A DNA stretch of 64,000 nucleotides from an uncultured Chloroflexia bacterium. GTDB lineage: Bacteria > Chloroflexota > Chloroflexia > Thermomicrobiales > UBA6265. The stretch covers positions 1,657 to 65,656 of the forward strand of contig CAVUJM010000024.1 of assembly GCA_963741795.1 (NCBI GenBank). The letters run 5' to 3'. The position numbers and the translations under genes are program-made. The notes under the pieces were generated by a model. The model ran no database searches, had not been told where the DNA came from, and saw only the letters and a program-made list of their open reading frames with translations. Numbering within the stretch: the stretch's first letter is position 1; every line of letters starts with the position of its first letter. Below are positions 23,124 to 32,711 of the stretch, one piece after another.

Positions 23124-24086
23124 ATGTCCCGACTGTTCCGCATCTTCATCGTCGCCATGCTGGCTCTCAGCTCGGTCGCCACCTTCGGCGTCGCCACCGC
23201 CCAGGAGGATGACCTCCACTTCGTCATCGTCAGTCACGGCCAGGCCGCTGATCCCTTCTGGTCCGTCGTCCAGCAGGGCAGTGCCCAGGCGGCGGAGGAC
23301 ATGGGTGTCACCGTCGATTACCAGGCGCCCACCACCTTCGACATGGTCGCCATGTCGCAGCTCATCGATGCCGCCGTCGCCACGGAGCCGGACGGGCTCG
23401 TGGTTTCCATCCCTGACGGCGAAGCGCTGACCCCGGCGATCCAGGGCGCGCTCGACGCCGGCATCCCGGTCATCTCCATCAACTCCGGCTACGAGACCTC
23501 CCAGCAGCTCGGCCTGATGACCCACGTCGGCCAGACCGAGTACGATGCCGGGCTGGGCGGCGGTCAGCGCATGGCCGAAGAAGGCGTGACGAACGCCATC
23601 TGCCTCATCCACGAAGCGGGCAACGCGGGCCTCGAGGAGCGCTGCGCCGGTTTCGAGGAAGGCATCACGGCCGCCGGCGGCACGGTTGAGCAGCTCGTTG
23701 TCGACCTCAACAACCCGACCGAGGCGCAGCAGCGCATCGACGCCGCGCTGACCGAGAACCCGGACATCAACGGCATCATGGCGCTCGGCCCGGCCGGCGC
23801 GACCCCGGCGATCATGGCCGTCCAGGACGCCAGCCTCACCGACACGGTGAAGATCGCGACGTTCGATCTCTCGCCGGAGGTGCTGACGGGCATCCAGGAC
23901 GGCACGGTTCTCTTCGCCATCGACCAGCAGCAGTACATGCAGGGCTACCTGCCGATCGTGTTCCTGACGCTCTACCAGCGCAACGGCAACACGGTCGCCC
24001 AGGACATCGTGATGACGGGCCCGGGCTTCGTCGATGCGAGCAACGTCGACCAGGTTGTCGACCTCACCGAGGCCGGAACTCGCTAG
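23124..24086 (+). CDS. sugar ABC transporter substrate-binding protein (type I periplasmic-binding fold, ribose/fructose-type)
   Basis: AGGAGG lies 8 nt upstream. Signal peptide MSRLFRIFIVAMLALSSVATFGVATAQ, then FVIVSHGQAADPFWSVVQQG...GLVVSIPD...VISINSG, typical of CUT2-type binding proteins. Confidence 0.85.
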   Translation: MSRLFRIFIVAMLALSSVATFGVATAQEDDLHFVIVSHGQAADPFWSVVQQGSAQAAEDMGVTVDYQAPTTFDMVAMSQLIDAAVATEPDGLVVSIPDGEALTPAIQGALDAGIPVISINSGYETSQQLGLMTHVGQTEYDAGLGGGQRMAEEGVTNAICLIHEAGNAGLEERCAGFEEGITAAGGTVEQLVVDLNNPTEAQQRIDAALTENPDINGIMALGPAGATPAIMAVQDASLTDTVKIATFDLSPEVLTGIQDGTVLFAIDQQQYMQGYLPIVFLTLYQRNGNTVAQDIVMTGPGFVDASNVDQVVDLTEAGTR

Positions 24087-24098
24087 AGGTTCGTCTCA

Positions 24099-24238
24099 GT
24101 AGCGTCGCACTGAACTGTGCGATGCATTGACCTGAGGTCGATACATTGCCGGGAGGCGGCCGCGTGTTCGCCTCCCGGCACCCTCGACGTACCACCCGGC
24201 ATCGCACTCAGATGTGCGATGCACCGACCGCAGGTTGG
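24099..24238 (+). repeat. BIME-like cluster of five hairpins in the binding-protein/permease intercistronic gap
   Basis: GTAG 24099-24102. TCGCAC-TGAACT-GTGCGA 24105-24122. ATTGACC-TGA-GGTCGAT 24126-24142. GCCGGGAGGCG-N10-CGCCTCCCGGC 24148-24179. ATCGCAC-TCAGAT-GTGCGAT 24201-24220. ACCGACC-GCA-GGTTGGT 24222-24238. The two-hairpin module is directly duplicated around the central stem. Confidence 0.7.
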
Positions 24239-24279
24239 TAACCGGGCGGCACCATCAACCGGAGAACCACACACCCACG

Positions 24280-25338
24280 ATGTCCCAACCCCAACCAGCC
24301 ACTCCCGGCCCGCGCGCCGACGACCGCCTGCAAAAGAGCAACTCGCTTCGCCAGGCGTTGCTCCGCCCCGAGCTGGGCGCAGCGATCGGCGCCTTCGCGT
24401 TGTGGATCTTCTTCGCCATCACGGCGGGAGACTCCGGCTTCCTCTCCGCGCGCGGAACGGCAAGTTATCTCGAGGTCGCCGCCCAGCTCGGTATCCTCGC
24501 GATCGCCGTCTCGCTGCTGATGATCGGCAACGAGTTCGACCTCTCGATCGGCTCTGTTATCGGCGCGTCTGGGATGATCATCGCGATCCTCTCAAAGGAA
24601 TACGGCTGGAATATCTGGCTCGCGAGCCTCGTCGCGCTCGCCGCCGCGCTCCTGATCGGCTTCATCAACGGCGTGCTCGTGCGGTGGACGCGCCTGCCCT
24701 CGTTCATCATTACCCTCGCCACCCTTTTCGCCATTCGCGGGCTGACCATCGCCATCACGCGGATCATCACCAACCGCACGAACGTTGGCGGCCTCACGGT
24801 GGTCGACGGCTACGACTCGATCAAACGCGTCTTCGCCAGCGACCTGATGATCGACGGCGCCAAGTTCCCGGTCTCGATCGCCTGGTGGATCGGCTTCACG
24901 GCCCTGGCGACGTGGGTGCTGATGCGTACACAGTTCGGCAACTGGATCTTCGGCGTCGGAGGCAACGAGCAGGCCGCCCACAACACCGGCGTGCCGGTCA
25001 ATCGCGTGAAGATCACCCTCTTCATGCTGACCGCGACCGCCGCCTGGCTCGTGGCTCTCATCCAGGTCGTCGACTCGACCGGCGCCGATGTCCTGCGGGG
25101 CACGCAGCAGGAGTTCTTCGCGATCATGGCGGCCGTGATCGGCGGAACACTCCTCACCGGCGGCTATGGCTCGGCGATCGGTGCGGCAATCGGCGCAATC
25201 ATCTTCGGCATGGTGCGGCAGGGCATCGTCTACGCCGGCGTCGACGCCGACTGGTTCCAGGTTTTCCTTGGCGGCATGGTGCTCTTCGCGGTCATGCTGA
25301 ACCAGTTCGTCCGTCGCCGCGCGATGGGGGTGCGTTGA
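24280..25338 (+). CDS. sugar ABC transporter permease
   Basis: [10 protein letters not shown]... followed by 8-10 hydrophobic segments ([52 protein letters not shown]), typical of ribose-type permeases. Confidence 0.85.
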   Translation: MSQPQPATPGPRADDRLQKSNSLRQALLRPELGAAIGAFALWIFFAITAGDSGFLSARGTASYLEVAAQLGILAIAVSLLMIGNEFDLSIGSVIGASGMIIAILSKEYGWNIWLASLVALAAALLIGFINGVLVRWTRLPSFIITLATLFAIRGLTIAITRIITNRTNVGGLTVVDGYDSIKRVFASDLMIDGAKFPVSIAWWIGFTALATWVLMRTQFGNWIFGVGGNEQAAHNTGVPVNRVKITLFMLTATAAWLVALIQVVDSTGADVLRGTQQEFFAIMAAVIGGTLLTGGYGSAIGAAIGAIIFGMVRQGIVYAGVDADWFQVFLGGMVLFAVMLNQFVRRRAMGVR

Positions 25339-26132
25339 TGGCAGCACCGTTCGACCGCACCGGCACGCCACTTATCGAGGTCCGGGACATCTCCAAGTCG
25401 TTCGGGAGCGTTCGCGCCCTGCAGGGCGTCTCGATGGCCGTCCACGCCGGCGAGGTGCATTGCCTGTTGGGCGACAACGGCGCGGGCAAGTCGACGCTGA
25501 TCAAGGTACTCAGCGGCGCGCACGCCCCGGATGCCGGCGAAATGTACGTCGAGGGCAAGCGAGTGCGCTTCTCGTCCCCGCGCGATGCCCTGAACGCCGG
25601 GATCGCGACCGCCTACCAGGACCTCGCGATGATCCCGCTGATGAGCATCTCGCGGAACTTCTTCCTCGGCGCCGAGCTGACGAAGGGCTGGGGCCCGTTC
25701 CGGCGCCTCGACATCGCGAAGGCGGACGAGATTTCCCGGCAGGAGCTCAACCGGATGGGCATCGCCGTGCGCGACACGTCGCAGCCGGTCGGGACGCTCT
25801 CCGGCGGCGAGCGGCAGTCTGTCGCGATCGCTCGCGCCGTCTATTTCGGCGCGAAGATGCTGATCCTCGACGAGCCGACCGCCGCGCTGGGCGTGAAAGA
25901 AGCTGGCGTTGTCTTGCGCTACATCAACAAGGCGCGCGAGGATGGACTGGCGGTGATTTTCATCACCCACAACGCACATCACGCCTGGGCGATCGGCGAC
26001 ACCTTCACGCTGCTCAACCATGGCCGATCCGAAGGAACATTCGCCAAGGAAGAGACCACCCGCGACCAGGTGATCTCCCTGATGGCCGGCGGAGCCGCGC
26101 TCGAAGAGCTCGAGCACGAACTGAACCGATGA
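25338..26132 (+). CDS. sugar ABC transporter ATP-binding protein (single ABC domain, FrcA-like)
   Basis: The start overlaps the permease stop (TGATG). Walker [10 protein letters not shown], signature LSGGERQ, Walker [13 protein letters not shown]-loop ITHN. 264 aa. Confidence 0.9.
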   Translation: MAAPFDRTGTPLIEVRDISKSFGSVRALQGVSMAVHAGEVHCLLGDNGAGKSTLIKVLSGAHAPDAGEMYVEGKRVRFSSPRDALNAGIATAYQDLAMIPLMSISRNFFLGAELTKGWGPFRRLDIAKADEISRQELNRMGIAVRDTSQPVGTLSGGERQSVAIARAVYFGAKMLILDEPTAALGVKEAGVVLRYINKAREDGLAVIFITHNAHHAWAIGDTFTLLNHGRSEGTFAKEETTRDQVISLMAGGAALEELEHELNR

Positions 26133-26144
26133 TGCAATGGTTCC

Positions 26145-26263
26145 GTAGTCTCGGGCCACGTGTGCCCGGGACATCGACCGAAGGTCGATAACGGGCGCTT
26201 ATGGCCCTGCGGGCCGATGTCCGCCCACAGGGGGCGAGACACATGGAATCCGAAGGACTACAG
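26145..26263. repeat. REP/BIME-like composite element, variant of 3295-3391
   Basis: GTAGTC 26145-26150 and GACTAC(AG) 26256-26263. H1 variant GTCTCGGGC-N7-GCCCGGGAC 26148-26172 (one G-T wobble). ATCGACC-GAA-GGTCGAT 26173-26189. GGCCC-TGC-GGGCC 26203-26215. H4 variant 26219-26240. Lies between convergent genes. Confidence 0.7.
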
Positions 26264-26270
26264 AGAGGCC

Positions 26271-26954
26271 TTAGCCCCGGATGTCCGCCAGCACGTCGCG
26301 GATCGCCTTCTGCTGGCCAAGGTAGATCGGGGTGTCCAGCCCGGTCCACTTGCGGACTTCCGCTCCGCGCAGCTTCTGCACCATCTTGATGATCTGGTTC
26401 GGGTCGTCGTCCTCGAGGGCGACGATGAACTCCTGGTCCTGCACGCCGAACGAGTTCACGGTGTTGGTCAGGATCTCCGGGAACTCCCGGCCCATCTCGC
26501 CGTGCTCCAGCATCAGCCGCCGGCGCTCGGCGAAATCGAGCAGGAACCAGTCCGGCGTCTTCGTGAACGGGTAGACGCTGAGGTACGTCTTCGAGGGGAT
26601 GCCCTTGAGGAAGGCCGGACCGTGGTTCGGGTCGTACTGGCTCATGCCGGCCGCGCCGATGTAGCCCTGCGCGCGCCGCAGGCCCCGTCCGATCGCGGTC
26701 TGATCCAGCTTCACGGCCAGCTCGGTGAGCTGCTCCAGCTTCGGCGCGTGCACCCAGATGATCATGTCGACGTCCGGCCGCAGCCCGATCGACGAGTAGA
26801 TGCCGCGCAGCGTCACGCCCTCGCCCGGCGCCTCCAGCACTCCGGCGAACTGCTCGACCGCGGCCTCCCAGTCGCCGTGAAGCTGCTCGCGCCAATTGTC
26901 GCGTCGCTCGAAGAGCCAGAAGGCGGTGTACTCGAATCGGGGCTGCTGGTCCAT
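26271..26954 (-). CDS. hemQ: chlorite-dismutase-family haem protein, coproheme decarboxylase-like (HemQ/ChdC)
   Basis: MDQQPRFEYTAFWLF..., TYLSVYPFTKTPDWFLLDFAERRRLMLEHGEMGREFP, NTVNSFGVQDQEFIVALEDDD match the HemQ pattern. GGGAG lies 10 nt upstream of ATG 26954. Confidence 0.8.
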   Translation of the reverse strand: MDQQPRFEYTAFWLFERRDNWREQLHGDWEAAVEQFAGVLEAPGEGVTLRGIYSSIGLRPDVDMIIWVHAPKLEQLTELAVKLDQTAIGRGLRRAQGYIGAAGMSQYDPNHGPAFLKGIPSKTYLSVYPFTKTPDWFLLDFAERRRLMLEHGEMGREFPEILTNTVNSFGVQDQEFIVALEDDDPNQIIKMVQKLRGAEVRKWTGLDTPIYLGQQKAIRDVLADIRG

Positions 26955-27085
26955 GAGGTGTACTCCCTGGGATTCGTCACGCGGCATCGGCGCCGGGCGA
27001 CACGATCGCTCCCGCAATGATGCGACGCGCCTCGCCCCGATGCCAACACGACCCGGCCGTCCTTGCACAGAACTTCACTGCGTAC

Positions 27086-27176
27086 ACCCGGCCCTTGTGG
27101 CCGGGTCGAGCGCCATACACCCGGCCAACGCGGCTGCAACCGGTGGCCGGCTCGTGCGTTGTCTGAGCCGGCCACC
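27086..27176. repeat. two GC-rich hairpins related to the repeat family, in the hemQ/uvrC divergent region
   Basis: ACCCGGCC-CTTGT-GGCCGGGT 27086-27106 (H1-like stem with a CTTGT loop). GGTGGCCGGCTC-N11-GAGCCGGCCACC 27142-27176, which shares GGTGGCCGG with the 29081 palindrome. Confidence 0.45.
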
Positions 27177-27217
27177 AGGGGAGGCTGTACGAGATCGGAG
27201 ATCGCTATACTTCGCAT

Positions 27218-29064
27218 ATGAGCAGCGCCACGCAACGACCAGACTTCTCCAAACGCCTCGCCGCCCTGGCCCAAAAGCCGGGCGTCTATCTCATGAAGGA
27301 CGCCGACGGCACGATCATCTACGTGGGCAAGGCGATCGCGCTTCGCAACCGCGTGCGCTCCTATTTCCAGTCGCAGCGACACAAGGACCCGAAGACACGC
27401 GAGCTCGTGCGCCACATCGTCGACTTCGACGTCATCCGTACCGACACCGCAACCGAGGCGCTGATCCTCGAAAACGAGCTGATCAAGAAGTACCTCCCGA
27501 AGTACAACGTCCTGCTCAAAGACAGCAAGACGTACCCGTACATCCGGATCACGAACGAGGAATGGCCGCGCGTCATCAGCACGCGCCGGGTCGTCAATGA
27601 CGGCAGCCAGTATTTCGGGCCCTATACCTCGGCCGGCTCGGCGTACAAGACGATCAACCTGCTCAACCGGCTCTTCCCGTACCGAAAGTGCGACAAGAAG
27701 ATCACCGGCAACGATGAGGTCTGCCTCTACTACCACATGAAGCAGTGCACCGCGCCCTGCATCAGCGCGGTCGACCGCCCGACGTACATGAAGTCGATCG
27801 AGTCGGCGGCGATGTTCCTCTCCGGTCGCGGCGAGGAGATCGTGGTCGACCTCGAAGATGAGATGGAGCAGGCCTCCGAGGCGTGGAACTTCGAGCGCGC
27901 CGCCGAGCTTCGTGACCGGCTCAGCGCCGTGCGCCATGTGCTGGAGCGCCAGAAGATCGTCTCCGACACCGGCACCAATGCCGACGTGATCGCTGTGTCG
28001 CAGGGCGCGGGCGGCGACGCCGGCGTCCAGGTCAGCTTCCTCCGCAACGGCAAGATCGTCGGCTCGGAGTTCTTCCCGATGCAGGCGACCGTCGAGGACG
28101 CAGCCGTCGCAGGTCATCTCCGGGTTCATCACCCAGTTCTATGAGGACGCGGCCATCGTCCCTCCGCGCCTGGTCCTGCAGCACGATGTGCCGGCCGAGG
28201 AGCGGGAGATGATCGAGGAGTGGCTGGCGGACCGTCGCGGCGGCAAGGTCACGCTCCACGTCCCGCAGCGCGGGCAACCAGCGCGGGCTCGTCGAGATGG
28301 TCGCGAAGAGCGCTGGCGAGAACCTGGAGCAGGCGCGCCTGAAGTTCCTCTCCGACGAGATGAAGACGACAGCCGCACTCACCGGGCTTGCCGACGCGCT
28401 CGACCTGCCGCGCATGCCGCGCCGCATCGAGTGCTACGACAACTCGAACATCCAGGGCACCTCGCCGGTCGCCTCGATGGTCGTCTTCGAGGACGGCAAG
28501 CCGGCCAAGAAGGAATACCGCCGCTTCAACATCAAGACGGTGGTCGGCGCGGACGACTTCGCCTCGATGAAGGAGATCATCGGCCGCCGCTTCCGCCGCG
28601 CGAAGGATCACGACGAGGAGACCGAAGGCAAGTGGACGACCCTGCCCGACCTCGTGATCATCGACGGCGGGAAGGGGCAGCTCAACGCCGCCCTCGAAGC
28701 GCTGGAAGAGGTCGGCATGACCGAGGTGCCGATCTGCGGCCTCGCCAAGGAGAACGAGGAAATCTTCCTGCCCGGCCGGCCGGACTCGATCATCCTGCCG
28801 CGCGACTCGCAGTCGCTCTACCTCGTGCAGCGCGTGCGTGACGAGGCGCACCGGTTCGCCATCACCTTCCACCGCTCGACGCGCGGCAAGAAGGCGCTCA
28901 AGTCGCAGCTGGACGAGATCCCCGGCGTCGGCCCGGCCCGCAAGAAGGCGCTGATGCGCAAGTTCGGCTCGCTGAAGAACATCCGCGAGGCGTCGGTCGA
29001 GGACCTCCTCCAGGTCGACGGCATCAACCGCTCCGTCGCCGAGGCGATCAAGGCGACGTTGTAG
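27218..29064 (+). pseudogene. uvrC: excinuclease ABC subunit C (UvrC); two frame shifts near 28100 and 28275, probable assembly errors
   Basis: GIY-YIG N-terminus PGVYLMKDADGTIIYVGKAIALRNRVRSYF, then the UVR domain. The sequence passes through three frames: ORF 27218-28144, then QVISGFITQFYEDAAIVPPRLVLQHDVPAEEREMIEEWLADRRGGKVTLHVPQRG (frame of ORF 28188), then NQRGLVEMVAKSAGENLEQARLK...RIECYDNSNIQGT... (ORF 28297-29064). Confidence 0.9.
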
Positions 29065-29080
29065 CCCTGACCAGGCTTCG

Positions 29081-29147
29081 GTAGCCCCGGCCCCGTGGTG
29101 GCCGGGATGCGAGCGGCGGTCCCCGGCCACCACGGGGCCGGGGCTAC
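29081..29147. repeat. 26-bp perfect inverted repeat capped by GTAG...CTAC (REP-like, probable uvrC terminator)
   Basis: GTAGCCCCGGCCCCGTGGTGGCCGGG (29081-29106) pairs with CCCGGCCACCACGGGGCCGGGGCTAC (29122-29147); loop 15 nt. A second GTAGCCC at 29061 includes the uvrC stop codon. Confidence 0.7.
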
Positions 29148-29217
29148 GACCGGGCGTGAGCCACTCGCCCCTATGCGACAATATGGGCACGAACGTCGTG
29201 CATCAGGAGCGAGATCG

Positions 29218-29886
29218 ATGGGCTACCTCTCACTGGAAGAAGGCCGCGCGCTGGAAGAGGCGATCACGACCATCCAGCACGGAGGCGTCGTCGCCTTCCC
29301 GACCGACACCGTCTACGGCATCGGCGCCTCGCTTTCGCAGCCCGATGCCCTCGCCCGCATCTACGACATCAAGGGCCGCTCCCACGACAAGCCGATCCCG
29401 ATCCTCGTCGCCCGGCCGGACGTCATCGACACGCTCACCGACGAGCCGGACCCCGAGCTGATCGCGCTCGCCCACCGGTTCTGGCCCGGCCCATTGACCA
29501 TCATCCTGCCCGGCAGGGACGGCCTCCCGGCGGAGGTTCTCGCGCCGGACGGCACCTTCGGCGTCCGCATTCCTGACCACTCCGTGCCGCTCACCATCGC
29601 CCAGCACAACGGCGGCGCCATCGCGACAACCAGCGCAAATCGCTCCGGTATGCCGCCAGCAACGACCGCCAAGGCGATCGAGGAGATGCTCGGCGACAGC
29701 CTCGACCTTATCCTCGACGGCGGCATCGCGCCGGGTGACACCGCCTCCACGGTGATTCGCCGCGAGGGTGCTACCATTTCCGTGCTCCGGGAAGGCTCCG
29801 TCACGGTCGCGCAATTGCGTGACGCCTGGTCGGGGATCATGGAGGGCGGGCACGTCGAGCTCGCCGCAAGCGGAGCCGCCGGCTAG
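29218..29886 (+). CDS. tsaC: L-threonylcarbamoyladenylate synthase (TsaC/YwlC/Sua5 family)
   Basis: AGGAG lies 9 nt upstream. GGVVAFPTDTVYGIGASL, IYDIKGRSHDKPIPILV, FWPGPLTIIL, IATTSANRSG are the family motifs. Confidence 0.85.
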   Translation: MGYLSLEEGRALEEAITTIQHGGVVAFPTDTVYGIGASLSQPDALARIYDIKGRSHDKPIPILVARPDVIDTLTDEPDPELIALAHRFWPGPLTIILPGRDGLPAEVLAPDGTFGVRIPDHSVPLTIAQHNGGAIATTSANRSGMPPATTAKAIEEMLGDSLDLILDGGIAPGDTASTVIRREGATISVLREGSVTVAQLRDAWSGIMEGGHVELAASGAAG

Positions 29887-29970
29887 CGCCGCAAAGACCA
29901 CGACATCACCGTTCACCACGCCGCGTAACCGGCACCTGTCGTCAGCATTCGGGGGATCAGGGAGAGCTCT

Positions 29971-30954
29971 ATGGGCGACAAGCAGCGCAATCCATTCTCC
30001 AGCCGGTCGTATGAGTCCAGCCGCCGCACCTCCCGTGAGGAGGTGTACGAGGACGACTACTTCGACGACGAGAACGGCACCGACGAGCACAAGGTGTTCG
30101 GCCTCGGCATCCCCAGCGCCGACGATCGCCAGCCCGCCTACGGGCAAGGGGTGGTCATCTCGCTGCTCAGCGCCGCCGCGCTCCTGCTGCTCGCGATCAT
30201 CGCGATCGGCGACGGCGACGGCACGAATCCGCCGGTCCTGCAACGCGCCGATACGCTCTTCTGGGTCATCGCCGGGTTGGTCGTCGTGCTAACCGCAGGT
30301 GGGGCGCAGTACGCCGAGCGCGTCGCCGCCGAGGCCGCCGATGAAAGCGGCAGCGGCCGCCCGTCGGTCGGGCTTTCGACGGCCTGGGCGGTACCGCTGG
30401 TCTCGGTATTCGCCGCGATCGTCCTGACCGCGACGTTCCACAACCGCTGGATGCTGCTCTTCGGCCCGCTCATTGCGTTCCTCGGCACCGCCGGGGCATT
30501 GCTCTCGCGCGACCTGCTTGATGAGGCCGACGCCGAGTCCAGTCGCGTCGCGTCGACGATCCACACGGTGGTCGTCCACACCGTCGCCTTCCTCGCCTTC
30601 AGCGCGATCTACCTGAACAAGTTCGAGTCGTGGCTCGCCGTGCCGCTCGTCGCGCTCGTCGGCTTCGTACTCCTGCTGGAGACGCTCGAGCGGGCCGGGA
30701 TCGCGGCCCCGACGCGGGTCTTCTACTCGATCATCGGCGCGTGGACGCTGGGCACGACGATGCTCGCGTTGAACTGGTGGCCGACGTGGGGCTGGACCGG
30801 TGGCGCGGTGTTGCTGGCCGTCTTCTACGCGGTCTCGGGCATCCTGCTCGTCTTCTGCGAGCGCAAGGGTGTCCGCCGGCGCGACATGATGGAGTTCGTG
30901 GGCGTCGGTTCGCTCGCCGTGCTCGTCCTCGCGTTGCGTGACGCATTCCTGTAA
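29971..30954 (+). CDS. hypothetical integral membrane protein
   Basis: 327-aa ORF with a charged N-terminus (RSYESSRRTSREEVYEDDYFDDENG) and about 8 hydrophobic segments. I recognise no family signature. Confidence 0.55.
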   Translation: MGDKQRNPFSSRSYESSRRTSREEVYEDDYFDDENGTDEHKVFGLGIPSADDRQPAYGQGVVISLLSAAALLLLAIIAIGDGDGTNPPVLQRADTLFWVIAGLVVVLTAGGAQYAERVAAEAADESGSGRPSVGLSTAWAVPLVSVFAAIVLTATFHNRWMLLFGPLIAFLGTAGALLSRDLLDEADAESSRVASTIHTVVVHTVAFLAFSAIYLNKFESWLAVPLVALVGFVLLLETLERAGIAAPTRVFYSIIGAWTLGTTMLALNWWPTWGWTGGAVLLAVFYAVSGILLVFCERKGVRRRDMMEFVGVGSLAVLVLALRDAFL

Positions 30955-30979
30955 CCGCGAGCATCCAGAACCGACCACA

Positions 30980-31011
30980 ATCGGCGATGCCCGCGTGCAG
31001 GCATCGCCGAT
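30980..31011. terminator. bidirectional terminator-like hairpin between convergent genes
   Basis: ATCGGCGATGCC-N8-GGCATCGCCGAT gives a perfect 12-bp stem, followed by CTTTCGTT on the plus strand. Confidence 0.6.
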
Positions 31012-31041
31012 CTTTCGTTAATCGTCTCCGTCACGCCTCCA

Positions 31042-31785
31042 CTAGACGACGTCTCGTCTCTGGACGAAGAACAGCGCAAGCGCGGCAGGGATCAATCCCC
31101 AGGCAAAAAGCAGCCCGAATGCTGCCGCGAGGCTCGGTTGGCCGGCGACCCCCGAGATCACGTTGACGATCGTCGTAGGCAGCCAGTCGGCATTGTTCAC
31201 GAATTGCACGACCATCGGCGGGGCAATGATCAGCAGGACGACTGCGGCACTGACCGCCCCCGCACTATGCCGCACCAGCGCGCCGACGCCGGCGCCAAGA
31301 AGCGCGCCCATCCCACCGGCCAGCGCCGCTGAAGCGAGGATTCGGAGGATGGCACCAGCGGAGAGCATGAAGTCGAACTCCACCAGCGGCAATGTAACAA
31401 CGGCAGCCAGGATCGTCAGGACCTCTCCGATGATCCCAAGGACCGCCCCTGCAATCGCGATTGCCGAGAATTGGGCGGTCAGCGCACGTCGTCGTCTGGG
31501 CTCCACGAGATAGGTGGGGATCACCATGAGATGATCGTAGTCGCGGGCTGCCGCAATCGCCCCGAAGAGCCCCGCGCCCATCATCGCGTTCGCACCGAAG
31601 GCCAGCAGCGATTGCTGGTCAGCAGCGGTCGAGATAAACCCCTTCGAACCATCCGCGTCAGTGCCGATAAGGATGGCGGTCGTCGTTGCAGCCACAATAA
31701 GCGCGATGATCCCGAGAAAGATCAGGGCCAGTCGGGTTGTGGTGATCTTGCGAAGCTCGGCACGGACAAGTCTGACCCATTTCAT
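31042..31785 (-). CDS. ABC-2-type exporter permease
   Basis: MKWVRLVRAELRKITTTRLALIFLG... with six hydrophobic segments. Its start overlaps the stop of the upstream ATPase gene by 4 nt. Confidence 0.7.
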   Translation of the reverse strand: MKWVRLVRAELRKITTTRLALIFLGIIALIVAATTTAILIGTDADGSKGFISTAADQQSLLAFGANAMMGAGLFGAIAAARDYDHLMVIPTYLVEPRRRRALTAQFSAIAIAGAVLGIIGEVLTILAAVVTLPLVEFDFMLSAGAILRILASAALAGGMGALLGAGVGALVRHSAGAVSAAVVLLIIAPPMVVQFVNNADWLPTTIVNVISGVAGQPSLAAAFGLLFAWGLIPAALALFFVQRRDVV

Positions 31786-32711
31786 ACCATTACCTCTTCC
31801 CGGTCCAGCACGCGTTTGTCGGCGCTGACGGCGGTTCCGGTCCAGGAGAGGAACATGTCCTCCAGCGAACCGGAACGGCTCGCCAGCTCATGGAGCGGGA
31901 TCGCCGCGGCATAGGCTCGCTCACCGATCTCCGCTGATGTGAGGCCCATGACGATCAGCGACCCATCCGGATCCTGCTGGACAGACGCCCCGGTTGACTC
32001 CAAATCCACCTGCATGCGATCTGGCAACGGCGTGCGCACCAATACAGATGTCGCCGCTGCCAGGAGCCCCTTCACCGTTCCGGTGGTAACGACCTTGCCT
32101 TTATCGATGACGATCAGGTCATCGGCCAGATGCTCCATTTCGGCAAGCAAGTGGCTCGACACGAAGATGGTGTGACCGTCCGCCGCGCGTGCGCGCAGGA
32201 GGTCGCGCAGCCAGCGCATTCCGCCAGGATCAAGTCCGTTGCCCGGCTCATCCAGCACCAGGACGGGAGGGTCACCGAGCAGTGCGACGGCGAGCCCGAG
32301 TCGTTGCCGCATGCCCAGTGAATACTCACCAACACCCCGGTGGGCATCTCCGGTCAATTCGACGAGGTCCAGGAGCTCATCGACCCGGGCATTCGGGATC
32401 CCTGCGCCTTCCGCGAGTACGCGGAGATGATCGCGCCCGGTTCGAGCCGGATGAAAAGCGTTTGACTCGAGAACCGCACCAACAACACGGATGGGCTCTT
32501 CCAGATCCCGATATCGCTGGCCCCCGATCGCGGCGTGCCCCTCGTTGGCCGAAATAAGATCGAGAAGGATCTTCATCGATGTCGACTTTCCTGCGCCGTT
32601 CGGACCCAGGAACCCCGTCACCCTTCCAGCCTCAACGGTCATGGTCAGGTGATCGACGACGGTCTTGCGACCGTATCGCTTGGTGACATCCTGCATTGTC
32701 AGCTGGTGCAT
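31782..32711 (-). CDS. ABC transporter ATP-binding protein (ABC-2 / DrrA-like exporter)
   Basis: GGGAGAG lies upstream of ATG 32711. Walker A GPNGAGKST, signature YSLGMRQR, Walker B VLVLDEPGNGLD, H-loop SSHLL. Confidence 0.85.
   Translation of the reverse strand: MHQLTMQDVTKRYGRKTVVDHLTMTVEAGRVTGFLGPNGAGKSTSMKILLDLISANEGHAAIGGQRYRDLEEPIRVVGAVLESNAFHPARTGRDHLRVLAEGAGIPNARVDELLDLVELTGDAHRGVGEYSLGMRQRLGLAVALLGDPPVLVLDEPGNGLDPGGMRWLRDLLRARAADGHTIFVSSHLLAEMEHLADDLIVIDKGKVVTTGTVKGLLAAATSVLVRTPLPDRMQVDLESTGASVQQDPDGSLIVMGLTSAEIGERAYAAAIPLHELASRSGSLEDMFLSWTGTAVSADKRVLDREEVMV

Noticed and set aside
24117-26132. A 671-aa ORF that would extend the sugar ABC ATPase upstream across the whole permease gene.
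   Set aside because: The upstream 400 residues are an R/P/H-rich out-of-frame reading of the permease gene. The ATPase has a proper start at 25338 overlapping the permease stop.
25338-26132. A single-domain 264-aa ATPase in a ribose-type sugar ABC system as an anomaly.
   Set aside because: Single-cassette ATPases are already known for this transporter class (FrcA-type fructose systems). All motifs are intact and the gene is translationally coupled to the permease.
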